Of a stretch of 64,000 bases of DNA, positions 52,388 through 64,000 are shown one piece after another. Below the pieces are notes generated by a model that was not told the DNA's origin, did no database searches, and saw nothing but the letters and a program-made list of their open reading frames with translations. A program made the position numbers and the translations under genes. Each line of letters starts with the position of its first letter. Positions within the stretch are counted from its first letter, which is position 1. The stretch covers positions 158,658,001 to 158,722,000 of the forward strand of contig NC_042997.1 of the NCBI RefSeq assembly GCF_006345805.1, in the 5' to 3' direction. Source of the DNA: Octopus sinensis (Eukaryota).

Positions 52388-52685
52388 CTAGATAGATAGA
52401 TAGATTGAGAGAAAGAGAGAATGACAAATGATGGGTAAAATTTATTAATTATATTAATCAATTGATTAATCAATTAATTAACAATTTTACCGAGTAGATC
52501 AGTACGTTAAAATAAATTTTATAGGTAAAATTATCCACATAATTATGATTAGGGTTCCGCTAACTGGTACAACACATACCGAAATTAGAAATAGGAGTTC
52601 AAAATTCCTTTCCTGTACTATAAGAATCTCCATACTTTTTTTACGAAGGCAAAGAGAAAAACAATGAATCAACACGATCAAGATT

Positions 52686-52745
52686 AATTATAAACGCGTT
52701 TCGAGATTAAAGTAATTTAAATTTTACTTCTCTCTTCAGTATAAT
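52686..52745 (-). ncRNA. Canonical type I hammerhead ribozyme
   Basis: attata CTGAAGA GAGA...TCTC GAAA cgcg T T tataat. Stem I 6 bp, G10.1-C11.1 stem II, palindromic stem III ACGCGT, GUU triplet. Predicted cleavage between 52692 and 52691. Confidence 0.82.
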
Positions 52746-52756
52746 ATTTGGAAATA

Positions 52757-52777
52757 TCATCATCATCATCATCATCA

Positions 52778-52823
<46 letters not shown>

Positions 52824-53390
52824 TTAGTTTTATTTTTATAGCGTGCTTTCACTTCACTACCGAGCGTAGCTCTGTGTGCCTTGGGTATGTGCTGTGATTT
52901 GTTGTGATGCTCTGATGGTTATTGTATGGAAAGTGTTCTGCGTAGGATGTGTGCAGTGCCTAGTAGTGCAATATTCTGTATGTTATATGTGTTTGTAAGT
53001 CCTGGTGTTTTTGTTATGTATTTGTCTGAATATTTTTTTATCATGCCTAATGCACCTACTATGATAGGAATTGTTTCTGTTTTCAGATTCCACATTCTAG
53101 TTACCTCTATTTCCAGGTCTTTGTATTTTCAGAGTTTCTCCATTTCTTTTAGAGACACGTTGTCATCTGCCGGTATTGATACATCAATTAGAAAGCATTT
53201 TTTTCTTCATGATCTCTGACAACTATATCTAGTCTGTTGGCCTTAATTTTTCTATCTGTGTGTATCGGCATATCCCAGAGTATGGTTGCTTTCTCGTTTT
53301 CTGTGACCTTTTCTGGTGTGTGCCTATACCATCTTTTTTTCTGTTGTTATTCCATAATGTTGGCATAGCTTCCAATGTATGTAAGTTCCA
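52757..53390 (-). mobile_element. 3' end of an R4/Dong-clade RLE non-LTR retrotransposon in TAA repeats
   Basis: YIHWKLCQHYG...TILWDMPIHTDRKIKANRLDIVV...LIDVSIP...EKL*KYKDLEIEVTRMW...PIIVGALG...RRTLSIQ* (stop at 52919-52921). 3' UTR ends ...tgaataataat; (TAA)n on both sides. Confidence 0.88.
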
Positions 53391-53468
<78 letters not shown>

Positions 53469-53474
<6 letters not shown>

Positions 53475-53580
53475 TCACTGCCTGGAATCGAAATCGGAAT
53501 CTTGAGGTTAGTAGCCCGAGCTTATGGTTAAGAGCGCGAGCTACTAAAACCAAAATTCCGTGTTCGATTCCAGGCAGTGA

Positions 53581-53586
<6 letters not shown>
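53469..53586. mobile_element. Head-to-head pair of mini tRNA-derived SINEs with (TAA)n tails
   Basis: Minus copy 53469-53524, plus copy 53524-53586. Each reads gctacta...attccg..ttcgattccaggcagtgacctgaataataat. Outer 23 nt perfectly inverted. Confidence 0.8.
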
Positions 53587-53637
<51 letters not shown>

Positions 53638-53821
53638 CAACAACAACAACAACATCGCAAAATCCTTAGAAATGAGAACCCAGGTTCGAAATTTCCCCAA
53701 CACACTATTTATACCAAGTTTGAAATATTCAGTGCAAACATGAACAAATATTTCTTCATGAAATAAATATTTTCCGAAAAAACCATAGCTATTATAAGCT
53801 ATATATATATACATATATATA

Positions 53822-53861
<40 letters not shown>

Positions 53862-54180
53862 AAATTGAGGTAATCAGATCAGATGGTTCATATTTGTAGA
53901 TATTTATTTATATATTACATTTTTACATATATATCATATCATTCGGATTAGCGCTTGCTCCCATTCTAGTGGGTTTTCAAATCAAATCAGTTGTGGGTAG
54001 TTTGAACCTATATATATATGTATGTATGTATCAGCCGAATGGTTGTGTTAACAACAAACAAGATGTGAACAAATACCTGTCAAATGTAAATAATGTAAAT
54101 AATTTACATAATACCTCATCTCTTAAATATAGAACTGTATTCGGTTAGGTAGTTCTCTAGTTTTACATATATAGATATAT

Positions 54181-54372
54181 GTGTGTGTGTCTGTGTTTGC
54201 CCCCCCCCCCACATCGCTTAACAACCGATGTTGGTTTGTTTACGTTTCAGTATAAAAGACCGATTGAATAAGTAACACGCTTACAAATAATAAGTCCTAG
54301 TGTCGATTTATTCGATTAAAGGCGGTGCTCCATCATGGCCGCAGTTGAACGACTCAAATAAGTAAAAGAATA
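54181..54372 (+). mobile_element. SINE family B, 3' half
   Basis: acatcgcttaacaaccgatg...taaaggcggtgctccatcatggccgcag. Confidence 0.82.
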
Positions 54373-54396
54373 ATATATATATATATATATATTAGT

Positions 54397-54600
54397 TTAT
54401 TCTTTTATTTGTTTCAGTCATCTGACTGGCCATACTGGAGCACCGCCTTTAGTCGAGTAAATCGACCCCAGGACCTATTCTTTTTAAGCCTAGTACTTAT
54501 TCTATCGGTTCCTATTGCCGAACGCTAGGTTACGGGGACGTAAACACACCAGCATCCGTTATCAAGCGATGTTGGGGAGACAAACAGAGACACACAGACA
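54397..54600 (-). mobile_element. SINE family B, 3' half, tail-to-tail with the previous copy
   Basis: gtttcagtca...ggagcaccgcctttagtcg...gcgatgttgggg. Confidence 0.82.
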
Positions 54601-54607
54601 TATATAT

Positions 54608-54760
54608 ACGACTCTGTGTCACGCCGAATCCCCCTGAGAACTACGTTAAGGATACGCAGGCCTGTGGAGTGCTCAGCCACTTGCACGTTAATTCTACGAG
54701 CAAGCTATTCCGTTGATTGTATCAGTTAGGACCTTCGTTGCCGTAACCGAAGCAGTGCTC
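54608..54760 (+). mobile_element. SINE 3' module (gagaactacg type)
   Basis: Homologous to 9571-9690. Confidence 0.7.
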
Positions 54761-54764
54761 CTAT

Positions 54765-54810
<46 letters not shown>

Positions 54811-54869
54811 TCCAATGCAAATGTATAACTTACCAGTAAAATAAAGTCCCATAAGGGTAGAATTATACA

Positions 54870-55291
54870 TATAAAACAGATAAGTGGTACAAGAAGGCAC
54901 CAATATTCACTGGAAAATAGCAATCGATACAAATACCTGTTTGTTGCACACACACGTCTTTGCTAGTAAATACACAGTGAAGCTATACAATAGCTATTTC
55001 TTTATTACCCACAAGGGGCTAAACATAGAGGGGACAAACAAGGACAGACATAGGTATTAAGTCGATTACATCGACCCCAGTGCGTAACTGGTGCTTAATT
55101 TATCGACCCCGAAAGGATGAAAGGCAAAGTCGACCTCGGCGGAATTTGAACTCACAACGTAACGGCAGACGAAATACCGCAAAGCATTTCGCCGGCGTGC
55201 TAACGTTTCTGCCAGCTCGCCGGTCGTATTTGTATCGATTGCTATTTTCCAGTAAATATTGGTGCCTTGTTGTACCACTTATCTGTTTATA
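54870..55291. repeat. About 66-bp inverted repeat pair enclosing a SINE A
   Basis: 54870-54936 versus 55226-55291, 3 differences. Confidence 0.85.
54994..55221 (-). mobile_element. SINE family A, full length
   Basis: Near-exact reverse complement of 28351-28580. Confidence 0.92.
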
Positions 55292-55344
55292 TATATATAT
55301 ATGTGTATGTATGCATGTATATATATATATATATATCATGTACG

Positions 55345-55500
55345 TATATGTGTGGCGGGCTTCTGTCAGTTTCCGTCTGGTCGGCTTTGGTTGGCCCAAT
55401 GCTACAGTAGAAGGAATCTAGCTCAGGTGTCACGTAGTGTAACCGATTCCGAAGTCATGTGGTTGGGAAGTTACCTTCTTACCACGCTGCTATACCTGTT
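55345..55500 (-). mobile_element. SINE family B, 5' half
   Basis: cgggcttctgtcagtttccgtct...cttaccac. Confidence 0.7.
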
Positions 55501-55794
55501 TTTCTTACACTGGAACAATTCCTAATTTTTACAAAAGAATAGTTTATCTGTTATTTTCTCTCAAGTCTTTGTAGATCAAGATCGACTGTGCTTTGATGAA
55601 GAGATCTATTATAGCCGAGCTACATTCGGGTTTAAGATTGTTAACAATGAGCATACTCATCAAACTTAACAAATCTCGATTAAATTTTTTTGCTCAATTG
55701 AAATTTTGAGTGCTTTTACTCTTGAGAACAGTTTTGATTATTAACTACTCGTTTTACTGCAGCTGTAATCTCAACTGATCATAAATTATTGTCT

Positions 55795-55894
55795 NNNNNN
55801 NNNNNNNNNNNNNNNNNNNNNNNNNNNNNNNNNNNNNNNNNNNNNNNNNNNNNNNNNNNNNNNNNNNNNNNNNNNNNNNNNNNNNNNNNNNNNN
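55795..55894. other. Assembly gap (100 N)
   Basis: Run of n. Confidence 1.
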
Positions 55895-56200
55895 GGAGCA
55901 CCACCTTTAGTTAGTACTTATTCTATCGGTCTCTTTTTGCCGAACCGCTAAGTAACGGGGACATAAACACACCAGCATCGGTTGTCAAGCAATGCTAGGG
56001 GGACAAACACAGACACACACATATACATATATATACATATATGCGACAGGCTTCTTTCAGTTTCCGTCTACCAAATCCACTCACAAGGCATTGGTCGGCC
56101 CGGGACTATAGCAGAAGACACTTGCCCAAGATGCCACGCAGTGGGACTGAACCCGCAACCGTGTGGTTGGTTAGCAAGCCACTTACCACACAGCCACTCC
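55895..56200 (-). mobile_element. SINE family B
   Basis: ggagcaccaccttt ... ccactcacaaggc ... accacacagccactcct. Confidence 0.88.
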
Positions 56201-56462
56201 TTTTTATACGAAAACGTGTTATTCGGTTACTGCTATATAAAACTTAATTCGTGTGTGTGTGGATATGTGTCAGGAAACAGTTATTTATTCGTTTCTCTGC
56301 AATGTGAAATTTAGCTACATGTACGATCCTTCCGCTCCACACCGATTGTACGGTCACAGGTGGAGTAAACCTCTTACTAAAAACAGAGTGGCACATTAGC
56401 AGCGTTGTAATAAATATAAATTCTATCAGATTTCTTTAATGTTCTATCTGTCTATCTATCTT

Positions 56463-56517
<55 letters not shown>

Positions 56518-56523
56518 ATATAG

Positions 56524-56558
<35 letters not shown>

Positions 56559-56583
56559 CTATATATATATACATTGTATATAT

Positions 56584-56626
<43 letters not shown>

Positions 56627-57538
56627 AACACACTACACACATATATATATATATCAGTTGAATAAAGTTAAAACTAAGTCTGGTTCTCACGTTTTTATTA
56701 TGGTATTTTAGTATTTAAAAATGTTTTAACTTTATTCAACTGATATATTATTCTATACACATTCACACAAATTCGGAATACATACATACATTCATACATA
56801 CACACATACATACAGAGATAATAATGCAAAATAACGAAGAAAACCGTTTGAGCTATATTCATAAAACATACATACATACATATATACATGCATACTTACA
56901 TATATGTGTATATATATATATATATAAAGGGGAACAAAGACTGAAAATATTCAGACGATGAGCTTTCATGTATAATACATAGATATATAGACACAATCTT
57001 ATACTCGTAGTTCATTAGAGAGATGGTGTAAATAACATATTGTGCAATCCCTAACATCCAATAAAGATGTAAGATGAGCTTCATTAGGTAATTGTTTAAA
57101 ATAGGTTCTTCATTAGATCCTACCATTAATTCGCTCAGTATGAGAGTCAATACCCAATGTACTATTTCAGCAATTTGCAGACAAAACTAAACCGATAGTT
57201 ATAGTGATAGACAAAATACGAGTAATATCAAAATAGAAACTAGAAAAACAAAGAAACAAGCAAAAATGATCAGGTTGACTATAAATTAATCTTCATGGTC
57301 TGATTATAAGGAAGAAAAAGTTAACCAGAATGAAAAATATGATTAAGACTCTAAAGATGATTAAGTGATAGGGTCATGCAGAGTGACCATTTCGGTGCTT
57401 ATCGACTATTTCTTTAAAGGATTGAAATTGCCGCCTGCCTTTCACATGAAAACATCTGGCTCCATACTACACTCGAATCAGCCTCTACATAGAGTTAATT
57501 TATGATTGCCTAGTTTATATTCCCTTTTTTTTAAAACA

Positions 57539-57569
<31 letters not shown>

Positions 57570-57854
57570 TGTATGTATGTATGTATGTATGTATGTAGTA
57601 AAATTTCAGGATCCGGCAGAGTCAGGTATCTAAATTGTAAGAGGACCAAGGTGCGCTATCTTTGACTTGGTTTGGTCAGGAATAGTACACAATGCTTTCA
57701 GCGGTAACTTGATTTGTAGGATCATTTTGTACTATGTTCTATTTTGTGAGAAATTCTAAATGTTAAATTTTCTGTTTATTCTCTTGAAGAAAACTTCTTT
57801 TTTTTGCATGATTTTTTTTGCATGATATATATATATATATATATAAATTTCTTT

Positions 57855-57932
57855 ACACAAGGGGCTAAACACAGAGGAATTTGAACTAAGAACGTAGCGG
57901 CAGGCGAATACCGCAAAGCATTTCGCCGCCAT
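57855..57932 (-). mobile_element. SINE family A, internally deleted
   Basis: cacaaggggctaaacacagagg joined directly to aatttgaact...gcgaataccgcaaagcatttcgcc. Confidence 0.7.
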
Positions 57933-57963
57933 AGTATATATATATATATACTATATATATATA

Positions 57964-58004
<41 letters not shown>

Positions 58005-58430
58005 CTGGTATGGTCGTAATTATTCCAGTGATTAAACGTTGGGTGGCCCAATTAGTCTGAGAGCGACGTCACTGTGAGTCGTTATGACCAGTCCTCATTA
58101 AATTCTTAAGAAAAATTCACAGCATACACAACAGCGGGTGCAATAAACACACATATATACACACATTGATACGTTGGTAGATACGGACACTCATACACAC
58201 AGACATGCACACATGCACACGCACGCGCACACACACATACTCACACATACAATCACGTTTATTTTTACATTTATTTGAACAGACTCCTACTCGTTACAAC
58301 GGGAAACGCATTCGCTGTGCTCTCTCTTTTAAAGGAGAGAAGCTATCTGTCTGTAAAACCTACTTATAAAAACACTTCGATCTAACTCCAATTTGTGTCA
58401 GCGGAGATTTCAACATACATAACATGCATA

Positions 58431-58464
<34 letters not shown>

Positions 58465-58684
58465 CTATACTATATTCTTTTTGTAGTGTGTATATTCATT
58501 ATTCTTTTACAAGAATAGTATTAATAGTGTCTTCGGAGTTTCGGCTTACTTGACTTCAAAAAGCAGTTCGATGAAGGCAAGCAAGCCAAAACTTCTAAAA
58601 CTTTGTCAAGATCATTGTTGTAAAATAATGGTAATAATATAATAATAATAAAAAAAATAATAATAATAAAAATAATAATAAAAG

Positions 58685-58743
<59 letters not shown>

Positions 58744-58881
58744 ACACACACAGTGTTCGAACAGACTCCAAAGAAGCTAGTGTTAGTTTGCATCAGATCC
58801 ATTTAAAAGAAGACAGGAAAAGAAAATGAAGATAAGGAAGTTAGCAATTATTGATTATTAACAAATTGGTCATCTAATTAA

Positions 58882-58884
<3 letters not shown>

Positions 58885-58914
<30 letters not shown>

Positions 58915-59062
58915 TGTATGTATGCATGCATGCATGCATGTATGCATGTATGTATGTATGCATGCATGCATGCATGCATGTATGTATGTATGTATTATGT
59001 ATGTATGTATGTATGTATGTATGTATGTATGTATGTATGTATGTATGTATGTATGTATGTAT
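58885..59062. repeat. (ATGT)n/(ATGC)n tetranucleotide array
   Basis: Direct reading; a similar (ATGT)n array is at 57541-57595. Confidence 0.95.
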
Positions 59063-61736
59063 GAAATGCTTGATGGACTATATAGGAGAATGTGCTGAAG
59101 GTGCGAAGACTGAGAGTCAATTAGTGTTATTTACAAATATGAAATCTTTGCATTTAGATGTTTTTGAAAATATTTCCAATATATGCGAGTATAGCGCTAT
59201 AAATTCTGACATAAATTTAGAGAAATATAACAGTGTATATAAATACATTTTCATATTTTATCACGAGTTATATTAACTTCGGTAACGTTCCTGAATGTTA
59301 CTTAAATTATCGTCTGTTTTAACGTACTGAAAATATATGCAGACACTCACATTTATATATTCACTCGGTTCTGTAAAAAAATAAACAATATATTCCTGGA
59401 GAAAAACTAATTTGGTCTTCTGTGGTGTTTTACGCAAGATTTAGCATAAATATAGCTATGTATTTTTCTTTTTAATAAAATCGAGTAAAATCTTCTAAAA
59501 TGCAAAGTTGCATTTGCATTAACTATTGTGTTAAGCTTAAATAAAATAGAATTCTGTTGAATATTTATATTTTGTTGTAAGACAAAACAGAATTAATTTT
59601 GAAAAAGTGGAGGCAGATGTTTTCTCATAAGCTCAGATCAAATATCATTATTTTTGGTAATATTGTTAATTTATTAGCCCGAATTTCAGTGAAGTACGAA
59701 ATTAGCATCTGCCTGATGATTATAACGAGAAGATATGAAGTATGAATTAATAATAGGGCTACCCATATGGCATGATTTAGACTACCTACTTGAAGCGAGA
59801 TTCCCGTGTTGGAATCTTGGTAGATAATACTTTACGTTTAATTTTACTAATAGCTCGGTCGAAGTGGTATATAGTAGTACAATTGTAAGAATTGGAACGA
59901 ACATGGTGGAACACTGATGACAGACGAAATTTAATTTCTATTGAAATGAGTTCTCGGTACCATTTAAGTGTGTAGATCGCTTCCAACATAGTCCTATAAC
60001 ACAAATAACGATGCCCAATTTAAAACATTTAAAAGTAATTGCTTTAGAAGTAAACGTTTAGAAGTAATTGCTTTTACTAGTTAGTCATGATTTTTGTAAT
60101 CCCAACGAGACCGGTGACATTCATACCGTTGTTTTTTTGCCTGAGTATTCCTAAGATGGAAAAACAAGGACAAGTGATCCTGATATGATATTCTCTATGT
60201 CGGCGCTCAACCTGGAAACATTGTAGCAGAATTTCTTTGAAACCATAGTCTACTGTTTAACAATTGGTCATATTGTATGATGTCGTTCAGGATACACTAT
60301 ATCTGAACATGAAGACGGTGTGGGAGAATCATTGTTGGAGTATCTTTTATCATTGATATACTTAATCAAAGCTGGCCTGGGACTGAGAAACAACTTATGA
60401 ACAAGGTGTATTGAGAATTATCACTAAGTCTTGAAATGGGAATTCTGCTGCATAACACTTTCTACAAACTACGTAATATTAGAAAACTGTCGGAGCTCTG
60501 GTTAAAGGAGGAAATATTGTGACTTTTCAAATGAGTCAAACGTTAGAGATATCACTGAAAAAAAAACAAGTTTGAAGTATACATTCGGAAGGAAGTTAAC
60601 TCTGTACTCGCACCTCTGCTTCAACTCTACAAGCGCATGTGGCTAGAAATTCTCCAAATTTTGAAGCGTTTAGACAGAATACAAAATTTACCCTGAATCC
60701 TGAGCAGTAAACTGTTGCGTAGTAAACCTCTAGATACCACTGAAATACTATAACAACGAGAAATGAAATGCCTTGTTTAAGGACACAGAGTGCCGGCTGG
60801 CCCACGAATCGATCCCAGGACCTTACAGCTCTGAGCTTATAACCACCTTCACATTGCCGTCCGTGTTCGCATGCTCTAGTCTACTAACATTAAATGGAAA
60901 ATGGAAATCATTTAGCCAGCAATTTACTTGCGAGAAGAGGGCGTTTATCTTTGGCCAAATCTGACCAAACAGATTTATGATCAAAAACATTCCAGAAGTA
61001 AATATATCCATGTCTTTATAGATTAAAATTTCAGGAAGATCATGCTACCGTTTCTAACAAGTTTTGTTCCAAAAATGGCGTCCTCTCAGTTTATTTAATC
61101 GATGAATATTCGCGAAAAATATAGATCAATGGATTATGATGCTTATTGATAGTTTACAAGTTCAAGTAATGAGAGACAGAGATGGATAGTTTCCTGTGTC
61201 ATCTTGACGGGAAAATTATCGGCGTTTCATTTTATATTGCTAACATTATGCTAACGAAATTATTCTCAAAATTCCTATTCTTTCTATATGTTCTTGTTGA
61301 TGATTATAGTCTAGCCCCTGGTTACATATTGAGCAGATATTATGTCAAAATATATCACTCCTGATCATTACATCTTATTTTCAAAGCCAAAAATAAAAGG
61401 CAATCATCGAAATAGTGTCCTTCATTGGCAAACATATGTATTTGTAAATAGCTTTATTTACAAAAAAACGTTCACAGCACTAAGCCGCAACATGCATTCA
61501 CATGTCTTTCCCACTTGACAGTAATAAACTGGAATTTTCTTACTTGAATAAGTAACAATGTTAAGCTTCAATATGTTAATTAGATATAAACATAATACTT
61601 CGAGGCAAAGACTCTGACATGTCCATGACAGCAGAAGAACTGTAAATCCATCTATAGAACAGGAGCGGAGGTTTATTTTATTTTAAGTAATTGTACACAA
61701 ATCTAATATATTCATAATTCCTAGACCCAACATCTT

Positions 61737-61816
<80 letters not shown>

Positions 61817-61846
61817 GTTAAACGCAGGTGTTATTCAAATTCTTTT

Positions 61847-61935
61847 ACTTCCGACACATGTTTCGAAGATATCACTGGTATTATTCCAAAGGAACAAAAT
61901 GGTGTAAAACAATGTAATCTTCTCTTCAGGGAAAT
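61847..61935 (-). ncRNA. Canonical type I hammerhead ribozyme
   Basis: atttcc CTGAAGA GAAGAT [46 nt] ATCTTC GAAA catgtg T C ggaagt. Stem I 6 bp (1 G.U), stem II 6 bp, GUC triplet. Predicted cleavage between 61853 and 61852. Confidence 0.85.
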
Positions 61936-63039
61936 GAAGAAATGAAACTCGTCTCTCCGAAAGCAGATCAAGCCGACCTTATAAAAGACACAGAAAATTA
62001 TTTTTGTCGTAAATTAAGTCTAGGAGAATTTTTCCAGGGTGTAAAATACGAAGGAGAGTCATTAGTGAAAATCATACTAGATCTATGAAATTAGTATTTA
62101 AATTATTAAAAGGTTTAAAAATGATAAATTAAACTGATTGGAAGTACTAGTGAAGTCATTCCTTTTCTTTTTTCAAATACGCACACACACACATATATAT
62201 ATATACATATATAAATATATATATATACCCTTTATGTTATTTCCCACGACTATGTAAATATATGTTTCTTTGACTATTAGATTTTGCCTGTTCAGTTCTT
62301 AGACAGGTAAGGAAAAATTGCATCATAGATGTGTTCTAAATATAAAGATTAACGGTCATTTTTGTTCAACTTTCATAGATACAAACATACATCCATACAT
62401 AGAGACATATATACATACTCTGCACACGCACACACACACTTATACATATATATAGTTAGCACTGAAACACCTTTCAATATCTGCCATGTATTAGTGGGAA
62501 ATAGAGAAACAGGTGTATATATATATATATATGAAAAGAGTAAAGTGGGAGATGAGAAAGGGAACAGAGAGATAATAATTCGTGGATAGAATGCTGAACA
62601 CGCTGGAAATTGATGTGAAGCTTCGTGTAACTTCGTGTAGTGAGACTGAATCCCTTACAAAAGGGGGAATAAACACATATCATTATAGCACGAAATGACG
62701 CCATAGGGAATTATTGGAGAATAGATTCCAGCAAATTGATTTCAACCTTCGGCTAGAATGGTAGCATTTCATATTGGTAATATCATTGTGAGGGGGGGGA
62801 ATCTTAAATGCCACATCATTTTACTCTCTTTGCGCATGCAAAATTGCTTATTCTCATGGTCAATTAAGAAATGATTTATTCATATATGCTGCACGGTTGT
62901 TGACTCCCCTTATTGCCTTAAGGTAGTATAAATAATTCTACACTATCTCCCCTTTTTTCTCTTTATCTCTCTCTACTTTTCGTCTTTCTCTATCTCTGTT
63001 TCTGTTTCTCTACTCTTTGTCACCCTTTCCCTATATATG

Positions 63040-63121
<82 letters not shown>

Positions 63122-63137
63122 GTATGTATATATATGC

Positions 63138-63202
<65 letters not shown>

Positions 63203-63208
63203 ATCAAT

Positions 63209-63551
63209 ATAGGGTGGCAAAAAATTTTGTAGAATTTTTTTGCCACCAGCGGCCTAGTGGGAAAAAATTAAATAGTCATAGACCATTTTTAAGTTCAACA
63301 TCACAATCAAGGAACGGCCATAATAGGCCATTCACCCACTAGAAATAACAGCCAAAGCTTCAACCGCAAAATAACATTAATTCCGTAAACCAGGAGAAAA
63401 TTAAAAATTTAAAAAATTAAAAAATTAAAAGGGTAAATGTTTTTTTAATTTTCTCCTGGTTTACGGAATTGATGTTATTTTGCGGTTGAAGCTTTGGCTG
63501 TTATTTCTAGTGGGTGAATGGCCTATTATGGCCGTTCCTTGATTGTGATGT

Positions 63552-63554
<3 letters not shown>
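63209..63554. mobile_element. Young foldback MITE (Tc1/mariner-like end), right arm cut by (TA)n
   Basis: 113-bp arms at 63295-63407 and 63442-63554 with a single T.G. Left end (ta)tagggtggc has an internal hairpin at 63213-63247. Confidence 0.88.
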
Positions 63555-63596
<42 letters not shown>

Positions 63597-63656
63597 ATTA
63601 TATATATATATATGCATGTATATATGTATATATATATATATATTTATACATATATA

Positions 63657-63699
<43 letters not shown>

Positions 63700-64000
63700 G
63701 CAACTCAATAATAATACTGCTAACCAAATATCTATATAAACTCTTTTTGCATGTATCTTAAATATTTTGCTGTTTTTATTTCTCTATTTTTTTCTTTAAT
63801 TTTCTGTCTTCTGTTTTTTTTTTTTTTCCCCATCCACTGTTTATATTTTCTATGTAGTTGGTCGATAGTAGCGATATCGCCCCAATAAAATATCTGTTAT
63901 ATATGTTGTCTGCAGCCACCGATTTGTTATTCAGCTCATAAAACAACGTTTCCGAAATAAAAGAATGTAAAACAAAATTATGGATTAATTTGACTAACTC

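Noticed and set aside
53524-53586. tRNA gene
   Set aside because: The acceptor stem and D-arm are incomplete and it has a TAA tail, so it is treated as a SINE.
54030-54050. tcagccgaatggttgtg resembling a hammerhead 3' half
   Set aside because: GAAA is mutated and there is no 5' half in the window.
58890-59276. 128-aa ORF with a non-repetitive C-terminal half
   Set aside because: It is opened by an (ATGT)n repeat; no splice signals or motif.
59910-59940. CTGATGA-cagac-GAAA-tt-TA
   Set aside because: No pairing in stem I or stem II. Likely chance in AT-rich DNA.
60100-60420. Possible LINE endonuclease remnant (TGDIHT, VAEFL.NHSL)
   Set aside because: The similarity is too weak to call without a search.

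Overview
AT-rich, microsatellite-saturated eukaryotic DNA, probably an intron or intergenic region. The repeat families look like those of an octopod cephalopod (Octopus); this is recognition from memory, not a database result. No host protein-coding gene can be called with confidence, and most entries in the ORF track are (TA)n/(CA)n/(GATA)n/(TAA)n artefacts. The window is a mosaic of mobile-element remains. These are: a near full-length frameshifted CR1-like LINE (1230-5888) whose ORF1 reconstructs to Myb/SANT-like + polyQ + CCCH zinc finger; a second CR1-like 3' fragment whose tail is shared with an abundant SINE; at least five Penelope-like (PLE) remnants, three with an inverted terminal-repeat copy at the 5' end; an R4/Dong-type RLE retrotransposon 3' end in TAA repeats; a mariner transposase relic; Helitron-like non-autonomous copies; several foldback MITEs; and more than 20 tRNA-headed SINEs built from exchangeable modules. 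The most striking signal not shown by the ORF track is a dense population of type I hammerhead ribozyme motifs, about 13 in 64 kb. Two are fully canonical (52686-52745 and 61847-61935, both minus strand). Others recurrently carry the same non-canonical features (U at core position 6 plus an extra A; U.U at the base of stem II). A 100-N assembly gap lies at 55795-55894.
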